DNA of 32,000 nucleotides, from the NCBI RefSeq assembly GCF_000253055.1, contig NC_016070.1, positions 480,001-512,000 of the forward strand, in the 5' to 3' direction. Below are positions 16,640 to 25,468 of this stretch, piece after piece. The stretch comes from Thermoproteus tenax Kra 1 (GTDB lineage: Archaea; Thermoproteota; Thermoprotei; Thermoproteales; Thermoproteaceae). Made by a program: the position numbers and the translations under genes. The notes below the pieces were generated by a model, which was given only the letters and a program-made list of their open reading frames with translations, did no database searches and was not told the origin of the DNA. Numbering within the stretch: position 1 is the first letter of the stretch; each line of letters begins with the position of its first letter.

Positions 16640-17854
16640 ATGGGTCTGAAGATGGAACAGTACGGCCTCGTTTTACGAGAACAAGAGGCCGGTCCCGGCG
16701 GAAGGCGGACTCTCGAGCTGCTCTTCGGTCCACAACATCCGACCTCAGGACATATTCGGTTTTTTGTTGAAGTTGACGGCGATATAATAGTGGACATACG
16801 TCCAGACCCCGGGTTCGTACACAGAACTATGGAGAAGTTGGGCGAGACCCGCCACTTCATCATGGGCGTCCCCCTCTTCGAGCGCTTGTCTCTGCCGGAT
16901 GCAATAAACGTCACGTGGGCCTACTCCATGGCCTTGGAGAGAATGTTGGGCTACGACGTCTCCGAACGCGCCGAATATCTTAGGGTTATTTTCGGCGAGA
17001 TGAGCAGGATATCGGTCCATCTGTACGATCTGGCGCTCCACTCCATAATGCTCGGCTCCTCTACCGGCTTCATGTACGGCTTCGGCCTCCGCGATCTCTT
17101 GGTCAATTTGTGGGCTATCGCTACAGGCTCTAGGACCACGCCGACTTGGGTTATACCCGGAGGCGTGAGGAGGGCTCCCCCGAAGGCGTTCTACGAGAGG
17201 CTGCCCGGCTTCCTTGACTTTCTCGAGAGGAAGATCGACGAGCTCTACCGCCTAGTCGTTAGAAACCCTGTGGGTTATGCGAGGATGAAGGACGTCGGAT
17301 ATCTCAGCAAACAGGAGGCTGCCGCATACTCGGCGACAGGTCCCGGCGTGAGGGGATCTGGAGTAGACTGGGACGCTCGGCGCGACCTAGGCTATGGAGT
17401 CTACAGACAGTTGGAGTGGGAGGTCAAAGTGCAGGACGGGGGAGATTCTCTGGCAAGGACCCTCGTGAGAATCGAGGAGGTCAAGGAGAGCGCCAAAATA
17501 ATCCGAGAGGCCCTAAAGAGGCTACCGCCCGATGGGCCCCTCGTGGGCCACGCGGCGGCGCATAAAATCCCGCCCAAGGAGAGGGAGATGCTCAACGAGA
17601 TGGTCAGGATCAGCGGGTATTACGTCACCACTACGACCCTCTCCGAGGGGACCGGCATAACAGAGGGAGGCAGAGGGCGGTACTTCTTCCAGGTCTTCGG
17701 CTCCGGCACTGAGCGGCCGTTCAGAGTAAGGATATCGACTCCCTCTTGGCAGAATCTGCGCGCCTTCATGAAGGCGTGTGTAGGGGCGAGGCTCATGGAT
17801 CTCCCTGCCATCTACGGAAGCTTCGGGTTCTTCCCGCCAGAAGCCGATAGATAA
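16640..17854 (+). CDS. nuoD: NADH-quinone oxidoreductase (complex I) 49 kDa subunit D
   Basis: GPQHPTSGHIRFFVEVDGDIIVDIRPDPGFVHRTMEKLGE, RAEYLRVIFGEMSRI, YGSFGFFPPEADR C-terminus. Confidence 0.93.
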   Translation: MGLKMEQYGLVLREQEAGPGGRRTLELLFGPQHPTSGHIRFFVEVDGDIIVDIRPDPGFVHRTMEKLGETRHFIMGVPLFERLSLPDAINVTWAYSMALERMLGYDVSERAEYLRVIFGEMSRISVHLYDLALHSIMLGSSTGFMYGFGLRDLLVNLWAIATGSRTTPTWVIPGGVRRAPPKAFYERLPGFLDFLERKIDELYRLVVRNPVGYARMKDVGYLSKQEAAAYSATGPGVRGSGVDWDARRDLGYGVYRQLEWEVKVQDGGDSLARTLVRIEEVKESAKIIREALKRLPPDGPLVGHAAAHKIPPKEREMLNEMVRISGYYVTTTTLSEGTGITEGGRGRYFFQVFGSGTERPFRVRISTPSWQNLRAFMKACVGARLMDLPAIYGSFGFFPPEADR

Positions 17855-17882
17855 ATTTAATAGCAAGTCCGGGCTGACGGCT

Positions 17883-18896
17883 ATGGACATATCCTCCCTG
17901 CTTCTCTCGCCCCGGCTCTGGGACTTTTTGGTGGTCAGCGTTGTGTCCACTTTGATCCTCTTGACAGTGGTCTGGGCCGAGAGGAAGATAGCCGCGCGCG
18001 TACAGATGAGAGTCGGCCCGTTCCATATATCGCCCAAGCTCGGCGGCTATCTCCAGCTGGTGGCAGACGGCATTAGGTTTGTAATGCAGGAGGTCATAAT
18101 ACCGGTCGACGCCAACAAGATACTGTTTGTAACCTTGCCCCCCCTCTTTGTGACGCTGGCTCTGATACCCGACTTATTAGTGCCCCTCTCGCCGTACCTC
18201 GCCGTGCTCTCGCGCCCGGCCCTCCACTACGGCATAGTGATGGCTCTGGCGGTGTTGTTCTATCTGTTCGTGATAGTGGTCGGCCTCGGTTGGGCCGTGA
18301 ACAATAGATTTGCATATATAGGCGCGGCCAGAGAGGCCCTCATAATAACGGCGTACGAAATACCCTTGCTCGATGCGTTCGGAAGTATGTTCTTAACCTA
18401 TAAAACTATTGATCCTATAGAGATTGTGAGTAAACAAACTTATATTGTGGGCGCAATATATAATCCGTTGGCTTTTATAGTTTATATAATAGGCGTTGCC
18501 ATGGCCACAAGCAGGTTCCCCTTCGAGATAGCCGACTATGAGGGCGATGTGGCCACGGGGCCCTACAGCGACTTCTCATCGATATTTCTGGCGCTCACCT
18601 ATGCCGGCGGGATCTATATTGCGTTGTTCTCCTACGCCCTCTTGGGCGCTCTAGTCTTCTTGGGAGGGTGGGCGCCCATAGTGCCCGGGCCTTGGCCAGG
18701 CGACATCTTGGGCAATTTAGCCGCAGCAGGCTGGGTCTTGCTCAAGACCTTGGCGCTTATGATCTTCTTTGTCTTCCTCAGATCCGTCATGCCTGTCGCC
18801 AGGCTTGACCACACTCTATCATTCAGCTGGAAGTGGGTCCTACTAATCGCTCTGGCCGCCACTGCGCTTTCTGCCGCTGAGTACTTCTTGTTGTGA
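17883..18896 (+). CDS. nuoH: NADH-quinone oxidoreductase subunit H
   Basis: AERKIAARVQMRVGPFHISPKLGGYLQLVADGIRFVMQEVIIPVDANK; FPFEIADYEGDVATGPYSDFSS; multiple TM segments. Confidence 0.93.
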   Translation: MDISSLLLSPRLWDFLVVSVVSTLILLTVVWAERKIAARVQMRVGPFHISPKLGGYLQLVADGIRFVMQEVIIPVDANKILFVTLPPLFVTLALIPDLLVPLSPYLAVLSRPALHYGIVMALAVLFYLFVIVVGLGWAVNNRFAYIGAAREALIITAYEIPLLDAFGSMFLTYKTIDPIEIVSKQTYIVGAIYNPLAFIVYIIGVAMATSRFPFEIADYEGDVATGPYSDFSSIFLALTYAGGIYIALFSYALLGALVFLGGWAPIVPGPWPGDILGNLAAAGWVLLKTLALMIFFVFLRSVMPVARLDHTLSFSWKWVLLIALAATALSAAEYFLL

Positions 18897-19387
18897 ATAT
18901 GCCGGGCCAGAAGATAGGCGAGGCCATCAAGGCCGTCCTCGACGTGATAGGCATTGGGCTTAAGTACACTATCAAGCCCGAAAGATTGACCGTCTACTAC
19001 CCGTACGAAGTGCCTGACTATATGGGCAGAATCAGGGGATGGATAGGCCTTTTGACCGAGAAGTGTACCTCCTGTATGATATGCGCCAGAGTTTGTCCGA
19101 CGAACGCCATAAAGATGTATATGGAGAAGAACGGCAGACGGTACCCGGGCATTGACTACGGCCGTTGCATCATGTGTCACTACTGCATCGATGCATGTCC
19201 CACATTTGCACTCTATCCTACTGATATACGAGACCTCGCATTCTACCGCCACGAGGACATGATGTATACGCCAGATATGATGAGGGAGCCCCCCAAGGTG
19301 CCCAAGCTTGTGGACAAGGTTGTGAAGGTAGTCCACGAATACTCCAAGGGCACAGTGGTCAAGGTGAAGACGGGCGAGGTGAAATAA
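18893..19387 (+). CDS. nuoI: NADH-quinone oxidoreductase subunit I (2x[4Fe-4S] ferredoxin-type)
   Basis: CTSCMICARVCPTNAI and CIMCHYCIDACPTFAL cluster motifs. Overlaps nuoH by 4 nt. Confidence 0.93.
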   Translation: MNMPGQKIGEAIKAVLDVIGIGLKYTIKPERLTVYYPYEVPDYMGRIRGWIGLLTEKCTSCMICARVCPTNAIKMYMEKNGRRYPGIDYGRCIMCHYCIDACPTFALYPTDIRDLAFYRHEDMMYTPDMMREPPKVPKLVDKVVKVVHEYSKGTVVKVKTGEVK

Positions 19388-19415
19388 CTTCTTTCAACCA
19401 AAAAACTTAGTCATT

Positions 19416-19427
19416 ATTTATAAAGGC
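19416..19427 (+). promoter_or_regulatory. Putative internal TATA box between nuoI and nuoJ
   Basis: atttataaagg-type sequence about 20-28 nt upstream of the nuoJ ATG at 19445, in one of the few gaps of an otherwise mostly overlapping operon. Confidence 0.35.
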
Positions 19428-19444
19428 CGTCTCTCTCAGCCAAC

Positions 19445-19873
19445 ATGTTGTTTGAATACGTCCTTCTGGCGGCGGCCCTCATCTTCGGCGTCCTTGCTGT
19501 TTTAGTCAAGGACAATGCTTACGCCGCATTGAGCCTCTCTTTCTCGGCCGCAATAGCGGCAGGCTATTATGCGTTGATGGGCTACGTCGTGGCCTCGTTC
19601 TTGATCTTCATAGTCTATATCGGCTCCGTGATATTGATGGTCGTAACAACTGCGTCTATGTACGGCGGATTTTTTGACTACCCTAGGCGATACAAGATAG
19701 CTGTGGCGTCGCTAGCTGTGGCTGTCGCCCTGCTTCTGTGGCTCTATATACCTCAGAGCCAACCGGTTCGAGTCTCTCAGTATCTTGAGCCCAATTTCGA
19801 TCTACTCGCGTTACTGGCCGCATTGTTGGTCTCATCGCTAGTCGTAGCGCTTGAAACGGCTAAGAGGACATGA
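19445..19873 (+). CDS. nuoJ: NADH-quinone oxidoreductase subunit J
   Basis: 142 aa membrane protein; DNAYAALSLSFSAAIAAGYYALMGYVVASFLIFIVYIGSVILMVVTTASMYGG, positioned between nuoI and nuoK. Confidence 0.88.
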   Translation: MLFEYVLLAAALIFGVLAVLVKDNAYAALSLSFSAAIAAGYYALMGYVVASFLIFIVYIGSVILMVVTTASMYGGFFDYPRRYKIAVASLAVAVALLLWLYIPQSQPVRVSQYLEPNFDLLALLAALLVSSLVVALETAKRT

Positions 19874-20163
19874 TAGCCTCGATTGCTGTCGGGATAGTCC
19901 TAGCGGCTGTTGGTATGTACGGCCTCGCCGCCAGCCGCAACTTGGTGAGGCTGCTCATATCTGTCGAGGTGGTGGTAGTCGGCACCATAATAGCGCTGGC
20001 GCCCGCCTTCCAGGCAGCGCCCTCTGTGGGCCTCTGGGCCTTGGTCCTGCTAATATCTATGGCGGCAGGCGAGGTGGCCATCATAGGCGCTTTGATCTAT
20101 AGAGCATACTATCTAACTAAGACCACAGACCTAGACCAACTGAGGGCAGGGAGGGAGAAATGA
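19870..20163 (+). CDS. nuoK: NADH-quinone oxidoreductase subunit K
   Basis: 97 aa; IGIVLAAVGMYGLAASRNLVRLLISVEVVVVGTIIAL, MAAGEVAIIGALIYRAYY. 4-nt overlaps on both sides. Confidence 0.9.
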   Translation: MIASIAVGIVLAAVGMYGLAASRNLVRLLISVEVVVVGTIIALAPAFQAAPSVGLWALVLLISMAAGEVAIIGALIYRAYYLTKTTDLDQLRAGREK

Positions 20164-21620
20164 CGGGCCTAGCGCTCTATATCTCAATATTATTGCCGAT
20201 GTTGCTTGCGCTGACCGCCTACGCCGCAGCCAGGCGCTCAACAGCAGCCGCTGCGTACCTCAGCGCCGTGGCGCTGATACCTCTGTTGATGATATCATCG
20301 TTCTCGTTGTTTGGAGGAGGCCATTACCTTGGCTCAGTAGGAGGCGGGCTCTGGTCGATTTTCTCGCTCTACCTTACGCCGTACAACGCCGCGTATGTCT
20401 TCACCGTGTCTGTCGTGGGCATCCTAGTTGCGGTCTTCTCGGCGCCCTACATGGAGCACCGGGCTGAGGAACTGGGCGTCAAAAACACGACGTTCTATCT
20501 AACCTACGGCTTCTTCCTCGGCGGCCTAGCAGGCGCCTTCATGGCTCAGAACCTATTCGGAATATACATCTTCATTGAGGTCGCCCTGATAGCCTCTCTG
20601 TTCCAAGTCTTGTACTACGGCTATGGAGATAGAGTGAGGATAACCGTGATGTATCTGGTGTGGTCCCACGTCGCCGCCTTGCTTATGTTGGCCGGCTTCA
20701 TTGTGTTGTATCTCTACGGCGTCACCTCAGTGCCGCTCACAGCTGCGGCAGCCCGCGCCCTGTCGGCGCCTGTGCTATACACCGCGTTGCTCCTGGTGCT
20801 CCTCGGCTCGTTCATAAAGATGGCGGCCCTCGGCGTCCACATGTGGTTGCCCTACGTCCACGCCGAGGCGCCGACTCCTCTGTCGGCCCTCTTGTCGCCC
20901 GTGTTGGTTGGATTCGGCGGCTACGTCATATCGGTCGTCGCCCTGCCTCTGATGCCGGCCAAGTGGCTCTACGCACTGACGTGGTACGGCATAGCCACGG
21001 CGATATACGGAGGTATGATGGCTTACACACAGAGGGACATAAAGAGGTTGTTTGCCTACTCGACCGTAAGCCAGATGGGCTACATGATCCTGGCCCTCTC
21101 CCTCCACAACATATACGGGCTTACTGCGGCGGCCCTCATCTATCTGAGCCACGGGCTCGGTAAGGCCGTGTTGTTCATGACCGCCGGGTATTTCATAATG
21201 CACTTAGGCACCAGAGACATCGACAGAATGGGCGGCCTCTACGGCTACAACTCGGCCCTCGCCGGGGCCGCCATCATCGGCTTCTTGAACCTCGCCGGCA
21301 TCTTGACCATCGGCATGATATCCGAGATAACTCTGGCCGTGGCCTTGACCAAGGCGTACTTGGGCATAGAATATATAGAGATATATATAGCCTTCGCGGC
21401 GATGCTCGTGGTCACGGGGATCTACGCCTTCTCCACTATAAGGTCTGTGTTCTTCGGTCCCCAGAGGATAGCTGGCGCCGGGCCCTTTGACGGCGCGTTA
21501 GCCGCCATAGTGGCCGCCGCCTTTTTATCCGTCTTGCTCCTCCTGCCGCCAATGTCGTCGAGCATATGGGGCAACATCAGCATATACGTACAAAACCATC
21601 TTCTTGCCGTTAGGCTATGA
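20160..21620 (+). CDS. nuoM: NADH-quinone oxidoreductase subunit M-like (proton-pumping)
   Basis: 486 aa; KMAALGVHMWLPYVHAEAPTPLSALLSPVLVGFGGYVI, YTQRDIKRLFAYSTVSQMGYMILALS. Confidence 0.85.
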   Translation: MTGLALYISILLPMLLALTAYAAARRSTAAAAYLSAVALIPLLMISSFSLFGGGHYLGSVGGGLWSIFSLYLTPYNAAYVFTVSVVGILVAVFSAPYMEHRAEELGVKNTTFYLTYGFFLGGLAGAFMAQNLFGIYIFIEVALIASLFQVLYYGYGDRVRITVMYLVWSHVAALLMLAGFIVLYLYGVTSVPLTAAAARALSAPVLYTALLLVLLGSFIKMAALGVHMWLPYVHAEAPTPLSALLSPVLVGFGGYVISVVALPLMPAKWLYALTWYGIATAIYGGMMAYTQRDIKRLFAYSTVSQMGYMILALSLHNIYGLTAAALIYLSHGLGKAVLFMTAGYFIMHLGTRDIDRMGGLYGYNSALAGAAIIGFLNLAGILTIGMISEITLAVALTKAYLGIEYIEIYIAFAAMLVVTGIYAFSTIRSVFFGPQRIAGAGPFDGALAAIVAAAFLSVLLLLPPMSSSIWGNISIYVQNHLLAVRL

Positions 21621-23512
21621 ACGTCGAGTATATCTCGATAACTATTTTCTCGCCATTGATAGCCTCCATCTTGAGCATCTTTCTGCCGGGCGAGAGAGCC
21701 AAGTCTTGGCTTGTGGTGTTTGGCGCCTTCATCTCTGCTGTCTTCTCGGTGGCTTCCTACAGCCCTGCGCTCGGCGGGCTCTACTCGGAGGTCTACACAG
21801 CGCCTTGGATACCACAGCTGGGCCTCTATATCTCCTACCATCTGGACCAGTTCAGCGGAATTATGGGCATGTTGGTGGCGTGGCTTGTCTTCTTCATCGT
21901 GCTTTACAGCGTGAAGTATATGGAGGGCGACTACAGGCCTGGCTGGTACTGGTTCTTTATGGGCTTCTTCGCCACGTCTATGTTGTTGATAACATACGCA
22001 GACAACCTATGGTTCTTGCTCATGGGATGGGAAGGCGTCGGCTTGGCCTCTTGGGCGCTGATAGGGCACTGGTACAAGGACGATGAGCCGGACGTCAAAT
22101 GGGTGGGCCATCCGGGCGATAGGGTGGCGTTGGTGGACTACTTCTGGCCACCCTCCAAGGCGGGCCTCAGAGCCATTTTGACGATCAGAACGGGCGATTC
22201 AGCGTTTATACTCTCGCTGGCGTACATCCTGGCTGCCGCAGGCACGGTGCAGCTCTCTAAGCTCTACAGTCTCGGGCCGTCCGTCTCGGTCCTAGGCCTC
22301 CTGCCGCTCTTCCTCTTCCTCATGGGACCTCTGACGAAATCGGCCCAGTTCCCGTTCACAGAGTGGTTGCTCACAGCGATGACGGGCCCCACCAGCGTCT
22401 CGGCGCTCATACACGCGGCCACGATGGTGAACGCCGGCGTGTACCTCCTCATAATCACTGCGCCGATCTTCGCGCAAGTGCCTGGCTCCTCTTTATATTT
22501 CCTTGCCGTATTAACGATAGGGGCTCTGACCGCCGTTCTATCCTCTCTTATCGCCCTCGCTGTGGACGAGTTCAAACTGGTGTTGGCTGGATCAACTGCA
22601 ACGAACTTGGGCATAATAGCCGCGGCCGCTGGAGGCGCCGGGCTCGTGGGCTTGAACGACGCAGGCGCCCTGCTGCCTCTGTTGTGGATAGCCTTCATGC
22701 AGATAGTCGGCCACGCCATATCGAAGGCGCCTCTGTTCATGGGCTATGGAGCAGTCATACATGAGGCTAACACTAAGTATTTGGGCGCAGTCGGCAGACT
22801 GTCGAAATATATGCGCGTCACGTCCGTTGCACTGTTCTTGGCCATGCTGTCGTTGGTGGGAACTCCGCCGCTCGCCGGATTTTTCACCAAGGAGATGGCC
22901 GTCGACAATATAGTCGAGGGCTTCAACTCGGTGGGAATTGCGGGCATCGTTGTGGGCGGCCTAATAGCTTTCCTCGCTCCGTTATACGGCTTGAGGCTGA
23001 TAGGCCTCTCCTTAATACACGGACCTGAGCCCAAGGAGCATATACATGAGGCGCACCCGATAATGTGGGTGCCGTACACAGTCCTGGCCCTCTCAACGAT
23101 AGGTGTCGGCGCCTATCTGGCGCTCGAGTACTCCAGCGAGGTTGCGCGATTGATAGCCTCGCCAGGTTTCCTGGCGTTCTTGGCCGGGTTCCTCATAGCG
23201 CTTGTGCTCTACGTATTCAAGCCGGGCGTGAAGTCGAGGGCCCTCGAGCCCCTATGGAGGATCGCCTATAGGAGGTTCTATCTCCCGTGGCTGTACGATG
23301 GGCCCATCGCGTGGATATATCATCATCTAGCCCACGTAGTCTATTGGGCCATAGATAGGGGCGTATTCGACAACTTGTACCACGTCGCTTTGCCGGCAGC
23401 CTTCGGCAGAATGTCCGCCGCATTCAGAAGGTTGCAGACGGGCAGCTTGAGCTGGTATCTCTTGTACGCCATGGTTGGCGTTTTAATACTCGTGTTGTTG
23501 GCGCTGGTATGA
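21617..23512 (+). CDS. nuoL: NADH-quinone oxidoreductase subunit L-like
   Basis: 631 aa; LLMGWEGVGLASWALIGHWY, KSAQFPFTEWLLTAMTGPTSVSALIHAATMVNAGVYLL, GTPPLAGFFTKE, long C-terminal extension. Confidence 0.92.
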   Translation: MNVEYISITIFSPLIASILSIFLPGERAKSWLVVFGAFISAVFSVASYSPALGGLYSEVYTAPWIPQLGLYISYHLDQFSGIMGMLVAWLVFFIVLYSVKYMEGDYRPGWYWFFMGFFATSMLLITYADNLWFLLMGWEGVGLASWALIGHWYKDDEPDVKWVGHPGDRVALVDYFWPPSKAGLRAILTIRTGDSAFILSLAYILAAAGTVQLSKLYSLGPSVSVLGLLPLFLFLMGPLTKSAQFPFTEWLLTAMTGPTSVSALIHAATMVNAGVYLLIITAPIFAQVPGSSLYFLAVLTIGALTAVLSSLIALAVDEFKLVLAGSTATNLGIIAAAAGGAGLVGLNDAGALLPLLWIAFMQIVGHAISKAPLFMGYGAVIHEANTKYLGAVGRLSKYMRVTSVALFLAMLSLVGTPPLAGFFTKEMAVDNIVEGFNSVGIAGIVVGGLIAFLAPLYGLRLIGLSLIHGPEPKEHIHEAHPIMWVPYTVLALSTIGVGAYLALEYSSEVARLIASPGFLAFLAGFLIALVLYVFKPGVKSRALEPLWRIAYRRFYLPWLYDGPIAWIYHHLAHVVYWAIDRGVFDNLYHVALPAAFGRMSAAFRRLQTGSLSWYLLYAMVGVLILVLLALV

Positions 23513-24768
23513 TAGACCCCGTCTTCTTCATAGTACTGGCTCTTGCAATGTCGGCGCCTCTAGCTCTGAAGGTCGAGGGAAGATATATAGCGATGGCGAT
23601 GGGCTTCATTATATTCGCCTTCTCGTTCTTTGTTCCCTACGCCGCATTCTTCTTTGTTCTATTCGGAGTTATGCTCATAGCGATGGCGCTCGACCACAGA
23701 TACGGCGCCTTAGGGTACGCCTTGGGCCTCTCGGCCGTCTCCACCGCTCTGGCCGCATACGCCTATTTTATGTCCATAATAACGCCGGAATATGCGCTTA
23801 ACTATGCGTTCGCCGGCCTTGCCGCCTTGGCCATAGCCACAACGGGGATATACGGCTTGTTGGCCTCTGGAAAGGAGAGGGAAAACGTCGAGGGAGCGCT
23901 GAAGTACCTCATCTTCTCGGCCGTGGGGAAGACATTGATGGTGATGGGGTTTGCGCTGGCGCTCTACGCGGCTCCGACCCTCGGCTGGCTCCTTCTGTCC
24001 TTTGGATTTATCTTCGAGCTCGGCCTAGTGCCTGCCCACTTGTGGATGGTCGATGCGTTTTCTCTTTCAACTCCTAAGGGCGTCGCCGCTCTGGTTCTAT
24101 TCGGCGAGCTGACGCCGTTGTTAGTGCTTCTGACCTTCTTCCGCGTAGTTGGAATGACGAAGCCTGCCGGCTTCGCCTTGTTGCTTGTCGCACTGGCCTC
24201 AATGACCTACGCGAACATAGCGGCGCTCACTGCTAGGACGTTCGGGCGGATGCTTGCGTATTCCTCGATAGCGCATATGTCGTATGCTGTGTCCGCGGTG
24301 GCGCTGGTGGCCTACTTTGGGAATAGAGCGGTGGATATGCCGCTATTCGGCATCTACCCGGCGTTCACCATCGCCGCAACTGTGGCCATACTAGAGGGCT
24401 TGACCTCAGGCCTCGCGAAGGCGGGCATTTTCAATGCCCTGACTGTTAAACACGCCGACATTGTGCCAGACAGGCGCGTGTTGTCCGGCGCTCTGAATGT
24501 CCTCTCGCTCCTGGGGCTTCCGCCGTTGCTCGGCTTCTGGCCCAAGCTGCTCCTGGTCTTGTTGGCCTTGGCCTACGGCCAGCTCGGCATCGCCTTGATA
24601 GTTATACTCAACAGCGCAATAGCGACGCCGTATTATCTGCGCGTGTTCAGAATGTTGGCCGAGGCCAAGGGACCCAGCGCGGACAACGCCACGTCGGTCC
24701 TCACAGCGGCCCTTTCAACAGTACTAGGCGTTGCGGTTCCGCTGCTCCTCTCCGTCATAATTCCTTAA
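23509..24768 (+). CDS. nuoN: NADH-quinone oxidoreductase subunit N-like
   Basis: 419 aa; ELGLVPAHLWMVDAFSLSTPKGVAALV, MLAYSSIAHMSYAVSAVAL, LSLLGLPPLLGFWPKLLL. Confidence 0.87.
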   Translation: MIDPVFFIVLALAMSAPLALKVEGRYIAMAMGFIIFAFSFFVPYAAFFFVLFGVMLIAMALDHRYGALGYALGLSAVSTALAAYAYFMSIITPEYALNYAFAGLAALAIATTGIYGLLASGKERENVEGALKYLIFSAVGKTLMVMGFALALYAAPTLGWLLLSFGFIFELGLVPAHLWMVDAFSLSTPKGVAALVLFGELTPLLVLLTFFRVVGMTKPAGFALLLVALASMTYANIAALTARTFGRMLAYSSIAHMSYAVSAVALVAYFGNRAVDMPLFGIYPAFTIAATVAILEGLTSGLAKAGIFNALTVKHADIVPDRRVLSGALNVLSLLGLPPLLGFWPKLLLVLLALAYGQLGIALIVILNSAIATPYYLRVFRMLAEAKGPSADNATSVLTAALSTVLGVAVPLLLSVIIP

Positions 24769-24790
24769 TAGTGCTTTTTCCTCAGCCGTC

Positions 24791-25342
24791 ATGATCGAGC
24801 GGACGTTGGTCATCGTGAAGCCGGACGGCGTTAAGAGGGGGCTTGTTGGGGAAATAATATCGCGGATAGAGCGGGCGGGACTCAAGATCGTCGCGATGAA
24901 GATGGTGAAAGCTACGCGCGAACAGATAGAGGGCTTTTATCCGAGCGACGAGGGCTGGCTTAGGAGCGTGGGCAATAAAACTCTCACAAGCTACAAGGAG
25001 ATGGGGATAGACCCAAGGGCCGAGCTCGGCACAGACGATCCAGTGGAGATCGGGAGGATCGTCAAAGGATGGCTTGTAGACTACATGACGGAGGCCCCCA
25101 TAGTCCTAATGGTGGTAGAGGGCAACCACGCAGTCAGCGTCATGAGGAAGCTCGTGGGCCACACTCTGCCGTACAAGGCGGAGCCCGGCACAATTAGGGG
25201 CGATTTCTCGGCCGACAGCCCCGATCTGGCGAACAGAGAGAGGCGGTCTATTAGGAACCTCGTGCACGCGAGCGATAGCCCTGAGGAGGCCAGAAGGGAA
25301 ATATCCTATTGGTTTAGAGATGACGAAATACTTGAATATTAA
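24791..25342 (+). CDS. ndk: Nucleoside diphosphate kinase
   Basis: ERTLVIVKPDGVKRGLVGEIISRIERAGLKIVAMKM, TIRGDFS, NLVHASDSPEEARREISYWF with catalytic His. Confidence 0.95.
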   Translation: MIERTLVIVKPDGVKRGLVGEIISRIERAGLKIVAMKMVKATREQIEGFYPSDEGWLRSVGNKTLTSYKEMGIDPRAELGTDDPVEIGRIVKGWLVDYMTEAPIVLMVVEGNHAVSVMRKLVGHTLPYKAEPGTIRGDFSADSPDLANRERRSIRNLVHASDSPEEARREISYWFRDDEILEY

Positions 25343-25468
25343 TAGTGATTTAAATTTAAAGAGTTATTTTTACAATAAAATATTAGATTTAAATTATTTA
25401 AGTTGATATAAATTAGTTTTTACATAAATTTATAGATAAAATTTAATTTAATTGAGATACTCCCTCCT

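Noticed and set aside
17522-18037. 171 aa minus-strand ORF across the nuoD/nuoH junction
   Set aside because: Overlaps two well-supported complex I genes; translation looks like shadow sequence.
18632-19336. 234 aa minus-strand ORF over nuoH/nuoI
   Set aside because: Antisense to conserved NuoH and NuoI motifs, including both 4Fe-4S motifs; shadow ORF.
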